Source: Gemmatimonadota bacterium
GTDB lineage: Bacteria > Gemmatimonadota > Gemmatimonadetes > Gemmatimonadales > Gemmatimonadaceae
Length of the DNA stretch: 64,000 nt
Assembly (NCBI GenBank): GCA_040389905.1
Contig: JAZJZK010000012.1
Location: 197,537 to 261,536, forward strand
Direction: 5' to 3'
The notes below the pieces were generated by a model that was not told the origin of the DNA, ran no database searches, and saw only the letters and a list, made by a program, of their open reading frames with translations. Of the stretch, positions 1 through 11,879 are shown in pieces. The stretch's first letter is position 1, and each line of letters opens with the position of its first letter. The translations under genes and the position numbers were made by a program.

Positions 1-1
1 T

Positions 2-27
2 TGTCGTCCTGAGCGCAGCGAAGGACC
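2..27. repeat. REP-like stem-loop, probably truncated by window edge
   Basis: tgtcGTCCT-gagcgcagcga-AGGACc: short stem around a GCGCAGC mini-hairpin; resembles GTCATCCTGAGCG(C/A)AGCGAAGGA-type extragenic palindromes. Confidence 0.45.
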
Positions 28-64
28 CGCACATCAAATACACCTAACCCATTTGGAGCACCAT

Positions 65-829
65 ATGTCAACCACGATCAAGAACTACATCACCGGCGCC
101 CTTCTCTTTTTGCTGATCGCGTTCATCCAGTACACCGTGCGGACACGGTCACAGCTCCGCGCATCCTGGGGGAATCAGCGCACCCTGGCCCTGCGCGCGA
201 GCAACTTCGAGGCGTTGCACGACACGACGCACAACCTTGCTCGCAAGAGTCCACGTGTCGCTCGCCTCATGGGAGACTCCCTGCACTCCTACGGCAAGCG
301 CGTCGTCCAGAGCCGACAGCCAAAGGACGGCTTGGACTCTGCCTTGGACAGCCAGCACGCGGGCCGCTACACGATGCGCGTCGCCGTCGATTCCCTCGAC
401 GCGAATGCAGTGAGTATCACCTCGAGCAGCACCGATATCGATTCGACGCTCTTTCATCTCCGCAGTGAACCCTTCACCGTCGCTGCGGTCGTATCACGCC
501 GTCAGCTATCGGACAGCACATCGCTCGACATGAAGATCGTGCTCGACTCGATTCCGCTCACCGCCCGCATCCAGTGTTCGGCCAGCGGAGAAGTCGGCGT
601 GCGCACGGCCTCAATCGCGGTGACCGCGCCTCCATGGGCGAACGTCCGCTTCGGCAACGTGCAGCAGGAGCCCGGCATCTGCAGCACCCCGCCACAGCAC
701 ACCACCAGCCGCACTCGCAGTTTGTTCTCTTGGTCACCCATCGCGCTGAGCATCGGACGTCAACTCGGTGCCGGCAACACCGGCTGGACCGCACAGATCG
801 GGACCGCACTTGTCATCGGAGCGCGCTGA
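65..829 (+). CDS. hypothetical membrane-anchored protein
   Basis: ATG at 65 after GGAG; N-terminal hydrophobic segment; no recognised domain. Confidence 0.55.
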   Translation: MSTTIKNYITGALLFLLIAFIQYTVRTRSQLRASWGNQRTLALRASNFEALHDTTHNLARKSPRVARLMGDSLHSYGKRVVQSRQPKDGLDSALDSQHAGRYTMRVAVDSLDANAVSITSSSTDIDSTLFHLRSEPFTVAAVVSRRQLSDSTSLDMKIVLDSIPLTARIQCSASGEVGVRTASIAVTAPPWANVRFGNVQQEPGICSTPPQHTTSRTRSLFSWSPIALSIGRQLGAGNTGWTAQIGTALVIGAR

Positions 830-1215
830 TCATGATAGCCAATCTTCTGGCGGGCGATCTCGCGATCTGTCTTGCACTCTGGGTGCTCTACGTGACTTTG
901 AGAACACGCGACACTCCGACCCGACCTGGCCGCAGCAGGTCGTGACTCGCCAACGCAGTTCGCGCGCAGTAGCCGAGGGCAAGCCGCCAACGGCGGCCTG
1001 CCCTCGGCCTCCTCATAGACGTCCTTGCACAGGTATGGTCCGGCGTCAGTGGGAGCGGTCCGTTCGCAAAGGCGGGGTCTGAGCGCCGCAAGCGGTCTCG
1101 CGTTAGCGAGCCCACTTGCCGCGAAGTCTCCCCGCCGGCGCGAAAGGACCGCGACCACACCCCACCGAAACAAACACCGATTGCTGCCCAAGCCCGAGCG
1201 CAGCACATTAGACCA

Positions 1216-2763
1216 GTGAGCGACGAACTTCACGAACACGTCAGGAAGCTCCTGACCGCGCATTACGAGATCGGACCCGAACTGGGCCGAGGCGGAATGT
1301 CAGTCGTGTACAGCGCCGTACACAGGCGCGACGGGCGACGGGTGGCGATCAAGGTCCTTCCACCGCAACTGAACGTCACTTCCGCGATGCGCGAGCGGTT
1401 CGTGCGCGAGGCGCGCATCGCGGCGGCCCTCAACCATCCCGCCATCGTACCGGTGTACGATACCGCGGTCGTCCAGGACATCGCCTATTTCGTGATGCCC
1501 CTCGTGGAGGGCGAAAACGTCGGGGTGCGTCTCGAACGTGAAAAGCGGCTGTCCATTGCGGATACGCAGCTCATACTTGCGGGAGTGGCGGGCGCGCTTG
1601 AATACGCCCATACCGCCGGCGTCGTGCACCGCGACATCAAGCCCGAGAACATCATCCTGGACGCTACCACCCACCTTCCCCTCCTCACGGATTTCGGGAT
1701 CGCCCGCATTCTCGACGATGAAACGCGCTTGACCCAGGACGGGATGGCGATGGGCACACCGTCATACATGTCCCCGGAGCAGGCGCTTGGAAGCGACGAC
1801 CTGGATGGTCGATCCGACATCTACTCACTCGGTGTCGTCGGATATCAGATGCTCACTGGCCGAGTGCCCTTCTCGGCCACGAATACCCGGGCATTGCATG
1901 CGAAGCACGCGTCTGAGCGACCAGTACCGCTATTGGAATTGCGGCCCGATACTCCGCTTGCCATGGTCGCGGCTATCGATGGTGCACTGGAGAAGACGCC
2001 CCGGGCTCGCTGGCAAAGCGCCTCGGCATTTCGAGACGCACTCGGGGAGCTACCTCCAATCGCCGAGCGTATTGCTGTTGCGCCTCCTCCGCCACGGCGG
2101 CCGAGCGGTAACAGTACCGGCGTTTATTCCTACGGCATAGCAACTCGAATCAGGCACTTTCGCCGCAAGGCTGTTGGGTCTGTCGTCCTTACGTCCATTC
2201 TGGGTGTTTGGAACGTCATGTACGACCCGAGTTTTCTGCCCTTTTTGTTCATTGGTGGACTGCTTGGGCTCGACGTCCTGCTCAAGGGTTCGGCACTGTA
2301 TACGGAGGACGTGCCTTTCAAGGCGCTCTTCGTGGGTCGAGTCGCGTCCGACGAGGACACAGCTTCCGCAGGCGCCTATCCCTGGCCTGCGAGTCCGTAC
2401 CTGGCGCGTTGCGACGTGGCACAACAGAGCGCGATACGGGATCACACCGAGATCCGCCGGATGCTCGACGGGCTGACAGATGCACAGCTGGCAATGATGC
2501 CATCCGTCACGGCCGCGGTGGCTATCCTTCAGAAGACAGTTCAGGGATGTGTGACCGAGATTCGGGACCTCGGGCCGCGCGTGAACGTGGAGTTGGAGAT
2601 CACCGGTAGTGCGCTCGCACGGCTGGACAGCGCCGCCGAGGCGATGCACGAGATTCGGCTCGAGTTGATGAGGCTGCGGGAGGAGCGGTTCGAGTTCGGT
2701 GTCGATGCCATCAACCGCACGGCGGACCGAGCGCGTACAACGCTGGAAACGCCGCTCGCCTGA
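1216..2763 (+). CDS. Hanks-type Ser/Thr protein kinase with transmembrane segment
   Basis: LGRGGMSVVY, VAIKVL, HRDIKPEN, DFG, GTPSYMSPEQ, DIYSLG; hydrophobic hairpin after the kinase domain. Confidence 0.95.
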   Translation: MSDELHEHVRKLLTAHYEIGPELGRGGMSVVYSAVHRRDGRRVAIKVLPPQLNVTSAMRERFVREARIAAALNHPAIVPVYDTAVVQDIAYFVMPLVEGENVGVRLEREKRLSIADTQLILAGVAGALEYAHTAGVVHRDIKPENIILDATTHLPLLTDFGIARILDDETRLTQDGMAMGTPSYMSPEQALGSDDLDGRSDIYSLGVVGYQMLTGRVPFSATNTRALHAKHASERPVPLLELRPDTPLAMVAAIDGALEKTPRARWQSASAFRDALGELPPIAERIAVAPPPPRRPSGNSTGVYSYGIATRIRHFRRKAVGSVVLTSILGVWNVMYDPSFLPFLFIGGLLGLDVLLKGSALYTEDVPFKALFVGRVASDEDTASAGAYPWPASPYLARCDVAQQSAIRDHTEIRRMLDGLTDAQLAMMPSVTAAVAILQKTVQGCVTEIRDLGPRVNVELEITGSALARLDSAAEAMHEIRLELMRLREERFEFGVDAINRTADRARTTLETPLA

Positions 2764-2767
2764 TCGC

Positions 2768-3019
2768 TCACATGCTGAACCGACCCACCACGAACGCCGC
2801 CGCGACGACGCCTACGAAGAGGAAGACACGGAGGACCTTGCCCATCGACTGGCGACCCTCATTGGTAAAGCCGCTCCGCTTGATCGCGCCCAACTGCTCC
2901 GTGAGTTCGCGCTGTTCGTCGAGAAGCGCTTCGACATAGTGTTGCACGTACTCGTTTTCGTGCTCCGCGGCGTACTTCGTGAGCGCCTCGGGAGTCATCG
3001 CCTTGAATCGCTTCTTCAT
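2768..3019 (-). CDS. small hypothetical protein with C-terminal TM helix
   Basis: 83 aa; follows the upstream ORF by 7 bp. Confidence 0.6.
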   Translation of the reverse strand: MKKRFKAMTPEALTKYAAEHENEYVQHYVEALLDEQRELTEQLGAIKRSGFTNEGRQSMGKVLRVFLFVGVVAAAFVVGRFSM

Positions 3020-3026
3020 CTAGCGG

Positions 3027-3485
3027 TCATTTTACATTCTCCCCCATATGCATCGCCGCGTGTGCAATGAGTGAGTCGATTTCGTGTTGCGTCATATCAG
3101 ACGTCAGGAAGTGCGGCTTGCTCCAGATCATGGTCGGGGGCATGTAGTGGTAGTTGCCTTCGACGAGCCCGATTCTGAACGACCGCGAGCTTGGACTCAG
3201 CATCCAGCCGGTCAAACCTGCCATTCCTACGAGCACATACGTAGCGATTGTAAGTACGCTGTGAACCCATCGGCTGGTGCGTTTTGATGCGTGCTCGAGC
3301 TTCCACTTGACGTCCGCACGCGCGCGGCGGTTCCGCTGCTCCAGATACTCGATCTGAGCGAACATGATGTCGGAGGCATCGCGGCGGGCATTACACGCGA
3401 GCACGTATTGGTCCGCGCCACGCCGAGTGGTACGGTTTACATGCTCAGGCGGTGTGCGACTCGGGAGGACGGAGTCATCCGGCAT
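3027..3485 (-). CDS. hypothetical membrane protein
   Basis: 152 aa, one hydrophobic helix; likely co-transcribed with 2768..3019. Confidence 0.55.
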   Translation of the reverse strand: MPDDSVLPSRTPPEHVNRTTRRGADQYVLACNARRDASDIMFAQIEYLEQRNRRARADVKWKLEHASKRTSRWVHSVLTIATYVLVGMAGLTGWMLSPSSRSFRIGLVEGNYHYMPPTMIWSKPHFLTSDMTQHEIDSLIAHAAMHMGENVK

Positions 3486-3858
3486 AGCATATTCTAAGAC
3501 CGCTCGGTTTGTGCTGCAAGACTGGAGGCGGTGGGACGTTCGGCCCCAGGACCTGGCCTCGATCCCCGCCGCGCGCGTGCGTCTTGTACCGACTCACCGC
3601 GCCCAGCTTAGCTATATGAAACGCCATCACCTGTTGCTCATACCTTCCCATGTTGCCTGTCCTCGTCTGCGTAGGTCGCCTCCGCCAATGGGCGTCTTGC
3701 CCGTGAGCTCCCGTTGTGCAATCATTCGGGCGCGCTGACAGAGCGCATCCGGTCCGCGGACAGGGAGTGTCCCATCCGTTGCAGTCGTATCACACCGACA
3801 ATCCATCACCTTCTTTCGGGCCCACCAGGCGGACGGGGCCACATCGAGAGGAGGTCGT

Positions 3859-5724
3859 ATGCCCGGCACCAACCCTGCCCCTTCGGGCGGTGATGTCCGT
3901 CCCCTGCCGCCGCGCCCCAATCTGGAGTTCGAGCACAAGCGCGCGAAGGCACTTCTGCGTCAGTTGCGCGCCGGCGATCCCGACGCGCTCGCGCGCGCGC
4001 GCACGCTGCATCCCGCGATCGTCGCTTCGCCTCCCCGAGCCATCGCACTTGCCGACGCGCAGTTGATCGCCGCCCGCGAGTACGGGTTCACGAGTTGGCC
4101 ACGCCTTGTGCGTTACTTCGAAACCATCGCGCCGGACCATGTGCCGCACCGAGAGCTCGAAGATCCCGATGGGTTGGACGCGTGGGTCCGTTCGCTGCTG
4201 ATCGAGCACCGGCAGCGCCGCATATCCGCGGCCCGCCAGCTCGTCACCTACGCCCCGCGCTTCTACGGCATGCCCGTGCCCGAAGTATTCGACGCGGAGG
4301 TGACCGTCGAGGATGCGCGCACGGTCGTGGCGCGCGAACGCGGATACACCAACTGGGAAATGATGGTCGCGGACTCTGCCCAGCCAAGACAGCAACACTG
4401 GATGCGGGAACCGATGACGCTGGTTGCACGCGCAATGAAGTCCTTCGATCTGGATGAGTTGGGACGCATAATCGAGCGTCATCCCGAACTGCGAAAATCC
4501 TCATCGGTGGACATGCGGCAGAACAATGACATCGTCGTCATGGCGATTCTTCACGAGCGCGATCTTCCCTCCAATGAACGGCGGCTCACCGACTGGCTGA
4601 CGGACCACGGATTCGATGTGCAGCGGACGCTCAACCGGATGCTCTGCGGGCACATGCGCATCTCTGCGAACAAGGTACGCTATCTCCTGGATCGCGGTGC
4701 CGATGCTGATTGGGTGGCACCCAACGGGCGGTCGGTGCTCGAGCACGCGCTCGTCACGTATTGGAATCCCGAGGCGGTCGATGTACTCGCCGCGCACGCG
4801 CGCCACCCGTCGGCGCTGTGGATCGCCGCCGGTTTAGGAAACGTCGATGCTGTGGCCGGTTTTCTCGATCGAGACGGCAAACCGACAACAGCAGCCTATC
4901 GTTCACGACCCGACTTCCGCGTCGCCCTGCGCGGCGCGCCCAACCTGCCCGAACCCGACGACGAGGAGATCCTCGTCGAGGCCTTCATGGTCGCGATGCT
5001 GAACCACCGCACCAATGTCATGGAGTACATGGCCAAGCGGAACTTTCCAGTGGATTCTCTTGCCTGGGGATCGACACCTATTTCGTTTGCCGTCGGGAAC
5101 GCATTCCCGGGCCTGGTGGAATGCCTGCTGCGTTGCGGGGCGAGCATCGACATCGTGGGATATCGACCCGAGTCGACGCCGCGACAGATGGCTCGCGACT
5201 ACTTCCAACCCAACAATCCCGACAGCCATCGCGTGCTCGAGCTCTGTGGCGGCGATCCGGTCGCTCTCATTGCCGAATTGGATGCGATGCCGGCGCCCGA
5301 GCCACAACTGACACAGCGTTTGAAGAAGGTGTTGGAGGTGGCCGGCGATGACGCGGCACGGTGCCAGGAAACACACATCACACCAGTGAACATCCTTGTT
5401 GGAATGCTTCGCGTCGCACACTCGATGCCGATCCCGATCCTGAGCGTAGCGGCCGATAACGGCGAGCGTCTCCGCACGGCACTCGATGGGCGCCTGCTTT
5501 CGGGGGACGACCTGGTCTCGGGTGCTCCCTTCCCGCTGGCTGCCACATCCGAGGCATGCATCGCGCGAGCCTTCGATTTAGTTCGCGAGCGGAAAATGGA
5601 AGGTGTTATGCCGCACAATCTCCTCCTTGCGATGCTCGAGCCCGAGGATGGGGAAGTCGCTGAGTTCTTGGCGTCGTGCGGCTGTGACGTCACCTCGTTG
5701 CGCCGGATGTTGTCGTCGATCTGA
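3859..5724 (+). CDS. ankyrin-repeat-like protein with C-terminal Clp N-terminal (repeat) domain
   Basis: GAGGAGG RBS; LPPRPNLE..KRAKALL start, two AxxxxARExG(F/Y)xxW repeats, ankyrin-like LLDRGAD/LLRCGAS, C-terminal HITPVNILVGML and MPHNLLLAML ClpN-like repeats. Confidence 0.8.
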   Translation: MPGTNPAPSGGDVRPLPPRPNLEFEHKRAKALLRQLRAGDPDALARARTLHPAIVASPPRAIALADAQLIAAREYGFTSWPRLVRYFETIAPDHVPHRELEDPDGLDAWVRSLLIEHRQRRISAARQLVTYAPRFYGMPVPEVFDAEVTVEDARTVVARERGYTNWEMMVADSAQPRQQHWMREPMTLVARAMKSFDLDELGRIIERHPELRKSSSVDMRQNNDIVVMAILHERDLPSNERRLTDWLTDHGFDVQRTLNRMLCGHMRISANKVRYLLDRGADADWVAPNGRSVLEHALVTYWNPEAVDVLAAHARHPSALWIAAGLGNVDAVAGFLDRDGKPTTAAYRSRPDFRVALRGAPNLPEPDDEEILVEAFMVAMLNHRTNVMEYMAKRNFPVDSLAWGSTPISFAVGNAFPGLVECLLRCGASIDIVGYRPESTPRQMARDYFQPNNPDSHRVLELCGGDPVALIAELDAMPAPEPQLTQRLKKVLEVAGDDAARCQETHITPVNILVGMLRVAHSMPIPILSVAADNGERLRTALDGRLLSGDDLVSGAPFPLAATSEACIARAFDLVRERKMEGVMPHNLLLAMLEPEDGEVAEFLASCGCDVTSLRRMLSSI

Positions 5725-5748
5725 CGGCGCTGCCGTTGTGTGGGCGCG

Positions 5749-6282
5749 TCAGAAGACGCGCACACCAACGGTCGTCGGAGCGAACCAGAATCGAGTGCCG
5801 CTGGCGGACCATTGGCGGTATTGTACGTTCGCCATGAAGGCCGTGTGCGGCAACCCGTTCCATCCAAGTTCTGCCTCACCGAATACGCTGTTATGTCGCG
5901 TGCCGCGGTATTCGCCTCCGTACCGCCCACCGCCCACCGCCACACCGAGTACGAGACCAGAATTCCCCAGGTACGAAACTCCGAGCGCGTAGCTGACACC
6001 TCCCGGGCGTGGAAATGGGTACGGCCCAGGAGCGCCGGTACTCCCCGTACAACAGGGGCGTGGCTCGACTTCCACCTTCAGGACAGGTCGCGTGTTCCCA
6101 CGTGACCAGAGACGGACCTCCCCCGCGAGCCGTACCGTCGGGACGGGATCACTGCGGTAGACACCCGCCGATGTGCTGTGTGCTGCGACTCCGGCAAGGA
6201 GGTCGATGGAGACGAGCGGCACCTGTGCGTGCGTTAGCTGCGCGCCCAGTGCGATCGCGATAATCGCTGGAAGGTAGGTCAT
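5749..6282 (-). CDS. secreted protein, possible small outer-membrane beta-barrel
   Basis: signal peptide MTYLPAIIAIALGAQLTHA; amphipathic strands; terminal Phe (VGVRVF). Confidence 0.6.
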   Translation of the reverse strand: MTYLPAIIAIALGAQLTHAQVPLVSIDLLAGVAAHSTSAGVYRSDPVPTVRLAGEVRLWSRGNTRPVLKVEVEPRPCCTGSTGAPGPYPFPRPGGVSYALGVSYLGNSGLVLGVAVGGGRYGGEYRGTRHNSVFGEAELGWNGLPHTAFMANVQYRQWSASGTRFWFAPTTVGVRVF

Positions 6283-6358
6283 GGCGATGGGTCGGAGTGA
6301 ATGGTGTGCCGCGTTTCTTCCGCACGAGCCGAGAATCATTGGAAGTTATGTCCGCTCC

Positions 6359-6406
6359 CAAAAGAACGAGGGATTCATCATCCGCATGCGAACGATGAAT
6401 CCCTCG
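6359..6406 (-). terminator. intrinsic terminator
   Basis: 13-bp perfect stem 6367-6379/6394-6406, extendable with G-U pairs only on the minus strand, followed by TTCTTTTT. Confidence 0.75.
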
Positions 6407-6605
6407 CACCCTGACCCACAGTGCAGCTACGCCGCCGACACTTAACCGTACCCGGTGTTGGGTGCGAGCCATTGGCAGACCTAGCCTCTTCCTTCGGCGA
6501 AGACACATTCGAAGCAGAGGGGCATCTCAGTTCCCGATGCCGTAACGACCGATAAAGGCGAGCCGTGCCCGACAGGTGAGCTCGGTGCGGCTGCGCCGCT
6601 GAAGC

Positions 6606-6729
6606 CGTGAAAGACGACGTGAAATGACCCGTGAAGAACTACGTGAATAAAGACGTGAAAAGCCGTGCACGACTTTTCACGCCTCTCTTCACGGCCTTCT
6701 TCACGCTGTTTTTCACGGTCTTCTTCACG
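6606..6729. repeat. palindromic 12-bp-period array (5x CGTGAA / 5x TTCACG)
   Basis: CGTGAA at 6606, 6618, 6630, 6642, 6654; TTCACG at 6676, 6688, 6700, 6712, 6724; centre CGTGCACG 6664-6671. Confidence 0.9.
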
Positions 6730-6745
6730 GTTTCATCCGCTCCTG

Positions 6746-6789
6746 AAAACAACAAGGGCTCATCATCCACAGAGGACGATGAACCCTTG
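6746..6789 (-). terminator. intrinsic terminator of atpAGDC
   Basis: 16-bp stem with G-U pairs on the minus strand, followed by TTGTTTT; 20 bp after atpC stop. Confidence 0.8.
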
Positions 6790-6809
6790 CCAGAAAAATC
6801 GGATGATGA

Positions 6810-7052
6810 TTACGCCGCCGACGCCTTCTCTGTCACCACCCGCACGACGTTATCCACGACCTGCATGAACCCGCCCTCGACGTTGAAGCGCTTCCCGTCG
6901 CCGAGCCGCAGTTCGCCCTTGCCGAGCAACGTCACCATCGCCGCGTGACCCGTCAGCACGCCGATATCACCGTCGAACGCGGGCGCGACGACAGAATCCG
7001 TCGTGCCCTCGAAGAGCACGGCCTCCGGTGAGATCACCGAAACGGTGAGCAC
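6810..7052 (-). CDS. atpC: F1 ATP synthase epsilon subunit (N-terminal domain only)
   Basis: VISPE, GDIGVLTGHA, GGFMQV; downstream of atpD. Confidence 0.93.
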   Translation of the reverse strand: MLTVSVISPEAVLFEGTTDSVVAPAFDGDIGVLTGHAAMVTLLGKGELRLGDGKRFNVEGGFMQVVDNVVRVVTEKASAA

Positions 7053-7055
7053 CTA

Positions 7056-9358
<2,303 letters not shown>

Positions 9359-9359
9359 G

Positions 9360-10961
9360 TTACAGGCTCGCCGCCGTGAACGATGCTTCGCCGCTGCTGG
9401 CGATCTTCCGGTACTCGTCGAGTGCGCGCTTGAAGTCTGCTTCCGTCTCCTTCGACAACACCTTCTCGGAGCGGATGCGCTCACCAACCTGCGGGAACTG
9501 CGCGGACATGAACTCGTGGAAACCCTTCTCCCACGCGCGAAGCGCCGGAACCGCGACGTCGTCGATGTAGCCGTTCGAGACCGCGTACAGGATCATGACC
9601 TGCTGCTCGACCGGCATCGGCTCGTACTGGCCCTGCTTCAGGATTTCGACGGTACGTGCACCGCGATCGAGCTGCTTCTTCGTGGCCGCATCGAGATCCG
9701 ATGCGAACGACGCGAAGGCTTCGAGCTCACGATACTGCGCCAGATCGAGACGGAGACGGCCGGCGACGGAGCGCATGGCCTTCACCTGTGCGGAACCACC
9801 GACGCGCGACACCGAGATACCGACGTTCACGGCGGGGCGCACACCGGCGTAGAACAGGTCGGCTTCGAGGAAGATCTGACCGTCGGTGATCGAGATGACG
9901 TTCGTCGGGATGTACGCCGACACGTCACCGGCCTGCGTCTCGATGATCGGAAGCGCGGTCATGGAGCCACCGGGCTTCAGGATGTTCACGCCATCCACGA
10001 CCTTCGGATCGGACGACAGCTTGGCCGCGCGCTCGAGGAGACGGGAGTGGAGATAGAACACGTCGCCGGGGAATGCTTCGCGGCCTGGCGGGCGACGGAG
10101 CACCAGCGAGAGCTGGCGATACGCAGCGGCCTGCTTGGAGAGATCGTCGTACACGCACAGCGTCGGCTGGCCTTCGTTGTACATGAAGTACTCGGCCATC
10201 GCTGCGCCGGAGTACGGCGCGATGTACTGCATCGGAGCGGGATCGGACGCGGAGGCAACGACGACGATGGTGTATTCCATCGCGCCCTTCTCCTTCAGTC
10301 GTGCGACGACGGACGCAACGGTCGATGCCTTCTGACCGATGGCGACGTACACGCACTTCACGCCGGTGCCCTTCTGGTTGATGATCGTGTCGACGGCGAT
10401 GGCCGTCTTGCCCGTACCACGATCGCCGATGATCAGCTCACGCTGGCCTCGGCCGATCGGGATCATGGCGTCGATCGACTTGATACCCGTCTGGAGCGGC
10501 TCTTTCACCGGCTCGCGGACGATGATGCCAGGCGCTTCGCTCTCGACCTTGCGCGTGTGCTTGGCGTTCAGCTCGCCTGCACCATCGATCGGCCGTCCCA
10601 GCGCGTCGACGACGCGGCCGAGGAGCTCCGGACCAACCGGCACTTCGAGCACGCGGCCGGTGCGGCGGACTTCATCGCTCTCCTTGAGCTGGAGATAGTC
10701 GCCGAGGATGACGGCGCCGATGTTGTCTTCTTCGAGGTTGAGCGCGAGGGCGGTGACGGTGTTGCCCGTCTCGCTGGAATGAACCTCGAGCATTTCGCCG
10801 GCCATGGCCTTCTGGAGGCCGTAGATGCGGGCGATTCCGTCCTTCACTTCGAGGACGGAGCCGACTTCCTCGACGTCGAGATTGTGAAGGTCGGCGGCCT
10901 CGATCTCACGGAGCAGAATGTCCTTGATCTCGCCGGGGCGGAGTGTCGTATCGGATGCCAT
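9360..10961 (-). CDS. atpA: F1 ATP synthase alpha subunit
   Basis: [30 protein letters not shown]. Confidence 0.99.
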   Translation of the reverse strand: MASDTTLRPGEIKDILLREIEAADLHNLDVEEVGSVLEVKDGIARIYGLQKAMAGEMLEVHSSETGNTVTALALNLEEDNIGAVILGDYLQLKESDEVRRTGRVLEVPVGPELLGRVVDALGRPIDGAGELNAKHTRKVESEAPGIIVREPVKEPLQTGIKSIDAMIPIGRGQRELIIGDRGTGKTAIAVDTIINQKGTGVKCVYVAIGQKASTVASVVARLKEKGAMEYTIVVVASASDPAPMQYIAPYSGAAMAEYFMYNEGQPTLCVYDDLSKQAAAYRQLSLVLRRPPGREAFPGDVFYLHSRLLERAAKLSSDPKVVDGVNILKPGGSMTALPIIETQAGDVSAYIPTNVISITDGQIFLEADLFYAGVRPAVNVGISVSRVGGSAQVKAMRSVAGRLRLDLAQYRELEAFASFASDLDAATKKQLDRGARTVEILKQGQYEPMPVEQQVMILYAVSNGYIDDVAVPALRAWEKGFHEFMSAQFPQVGERIRSEKVLSKETEADFKRALDEYRKIASSGEASFTAASL

Positions 10962-11083
10962 GCGTCAGTCTGGTGGGACGTCAAAGGGACAGCTTGTGAA
11001 AATTATCACAAGCCAGCAGAACAAGCAACAGGGCCGCCCACGCCGAGCCCCTCGCCCGAGCCAAAAGGCGCCACGCATTGCGG

Positions 11084-11347
11084 TAAGGATGGGGGCGCGG
11101 GTGCGGGCTCGGGCCAACCGCGGGCTTGGGCGCGGGGTTGGGCTAGGGTCTGGGCGCGGGCCTGCCTGCAGGCTGAGGGCTGGGGCATGCGCGTGGGCCT
11201 GGGCTGGCTCTCGAATCTTGAATGTTGCCCGAGCGCTGGCCCGAGCCCAAGCCCGAGCCTGATGGCAAGCCCAAGCCCGTGCCCTGGCCCATGCCCGCGC
11301 CCAAGCCCGCAGTTGGCCCGGGCCCGGTCCCCCGCCCCCATCCCTTA
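11084..11347. repeat. long imperfect inverted repeat made of 6-bp-period GGG/CCC units (MITE-like)
   Basis: left arm taaggatgggggcgcgggtgcgggctcgggccaaccgcgggcttgggcgcggg matches reverse complement of right arm taagggatgggggcgggggaccgggcccgggccaactgcgggcttgggcgcggg. Confidence 0.85.
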
Positions 11348-11438
11348 GTTATCGGCGTACGCCCCAGCCCGCGTGCTTTCGCTACGCCAGGCGCGAATAC
11401 GATGACGCACTTTGAATCCGCCGCGATAGAATGCGGTC

Positions 11439-11879
11439 ATGTCAACAGGCGTCAGAGAACTCAGAGTTTGGCAGGAGTCGGTCTCCCTTGGAGGAGATGT
11501 CATCCGTGCCGTCAAGACGAACATTCGTCGCGAGACGAAGAGCGTCACCGATTCGCTCATGGCGACCGCGATCGCCGTCGGCACGCACATCGCCGACGGC
11601 TACGGCCGTCACACGCTCGACGAGCAGCGCGAATCGTACACATCCGCACGAAGAGCCCTGCTCCGGCTCGAGACCGAGCTTGCCGTGGCTCGACATGCGG
11701 AGCTCATCCCTGCCGGCTCCTTCACCGAGCTCACCGCGCGCTCGAATCAGGTCGCGAAGCTGCTTGCCGGATATGTCGTCTATCTCGACCGTCAGATCAG
11801 CGAGCGCGATGCGTTGCCACGCGTGCCGCGAGGCGTGCTACCGGCCGTCAGCCCCGGCTCCGCCCGTGTCCCCGGCTGA
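11439..11879 (+). CDS. four helix bundle protein (23S rRNA IVS protein family)
   Basis: ELRVWQES, HIADGYGR, ARRALLRLETEL. Confidence 0.85.
   Translation: MSTGVRELRVWQESVSLGGDVIRAVKTNIRRETKSVTDSLMATAIAVGTHIADGYGRHTLDEQRESYTSARRALLRLETELAVARHAELIPAGSFTELTARSNQVAKLLAGYVVYLDRQISERDALPRVPRGVLPAVSPGSARVPG

Noticed and set aside
6559..6592. Group II intron domain V-like hairpin (GAGCCG..CGGCT)
   Set aside because: No AC bulge or GNRA loop; no RT or other intron domains.
6405..6592. 6S RNA assignment
   Set aside because: Length and end pairing fit, but I could not show the central bubble; left as an unassigned candidate.
6606..6729. CRISPR array
   Set aside because: 6-bp repeats and 6-bp spacers in inverted orientation; no cas genes recognised and no CRISPR-sized repeats seen in the window.
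6631..6948. 105-aa ORF with FFT repeats
   Set aside because: Product of the 12-bp array; crosses a terminator and is antisense to atpC.
11006..11348. Gly/Leu- or Pro-repeat ORFs
   Set aside because: Translations of the hexamer inverted repeat.
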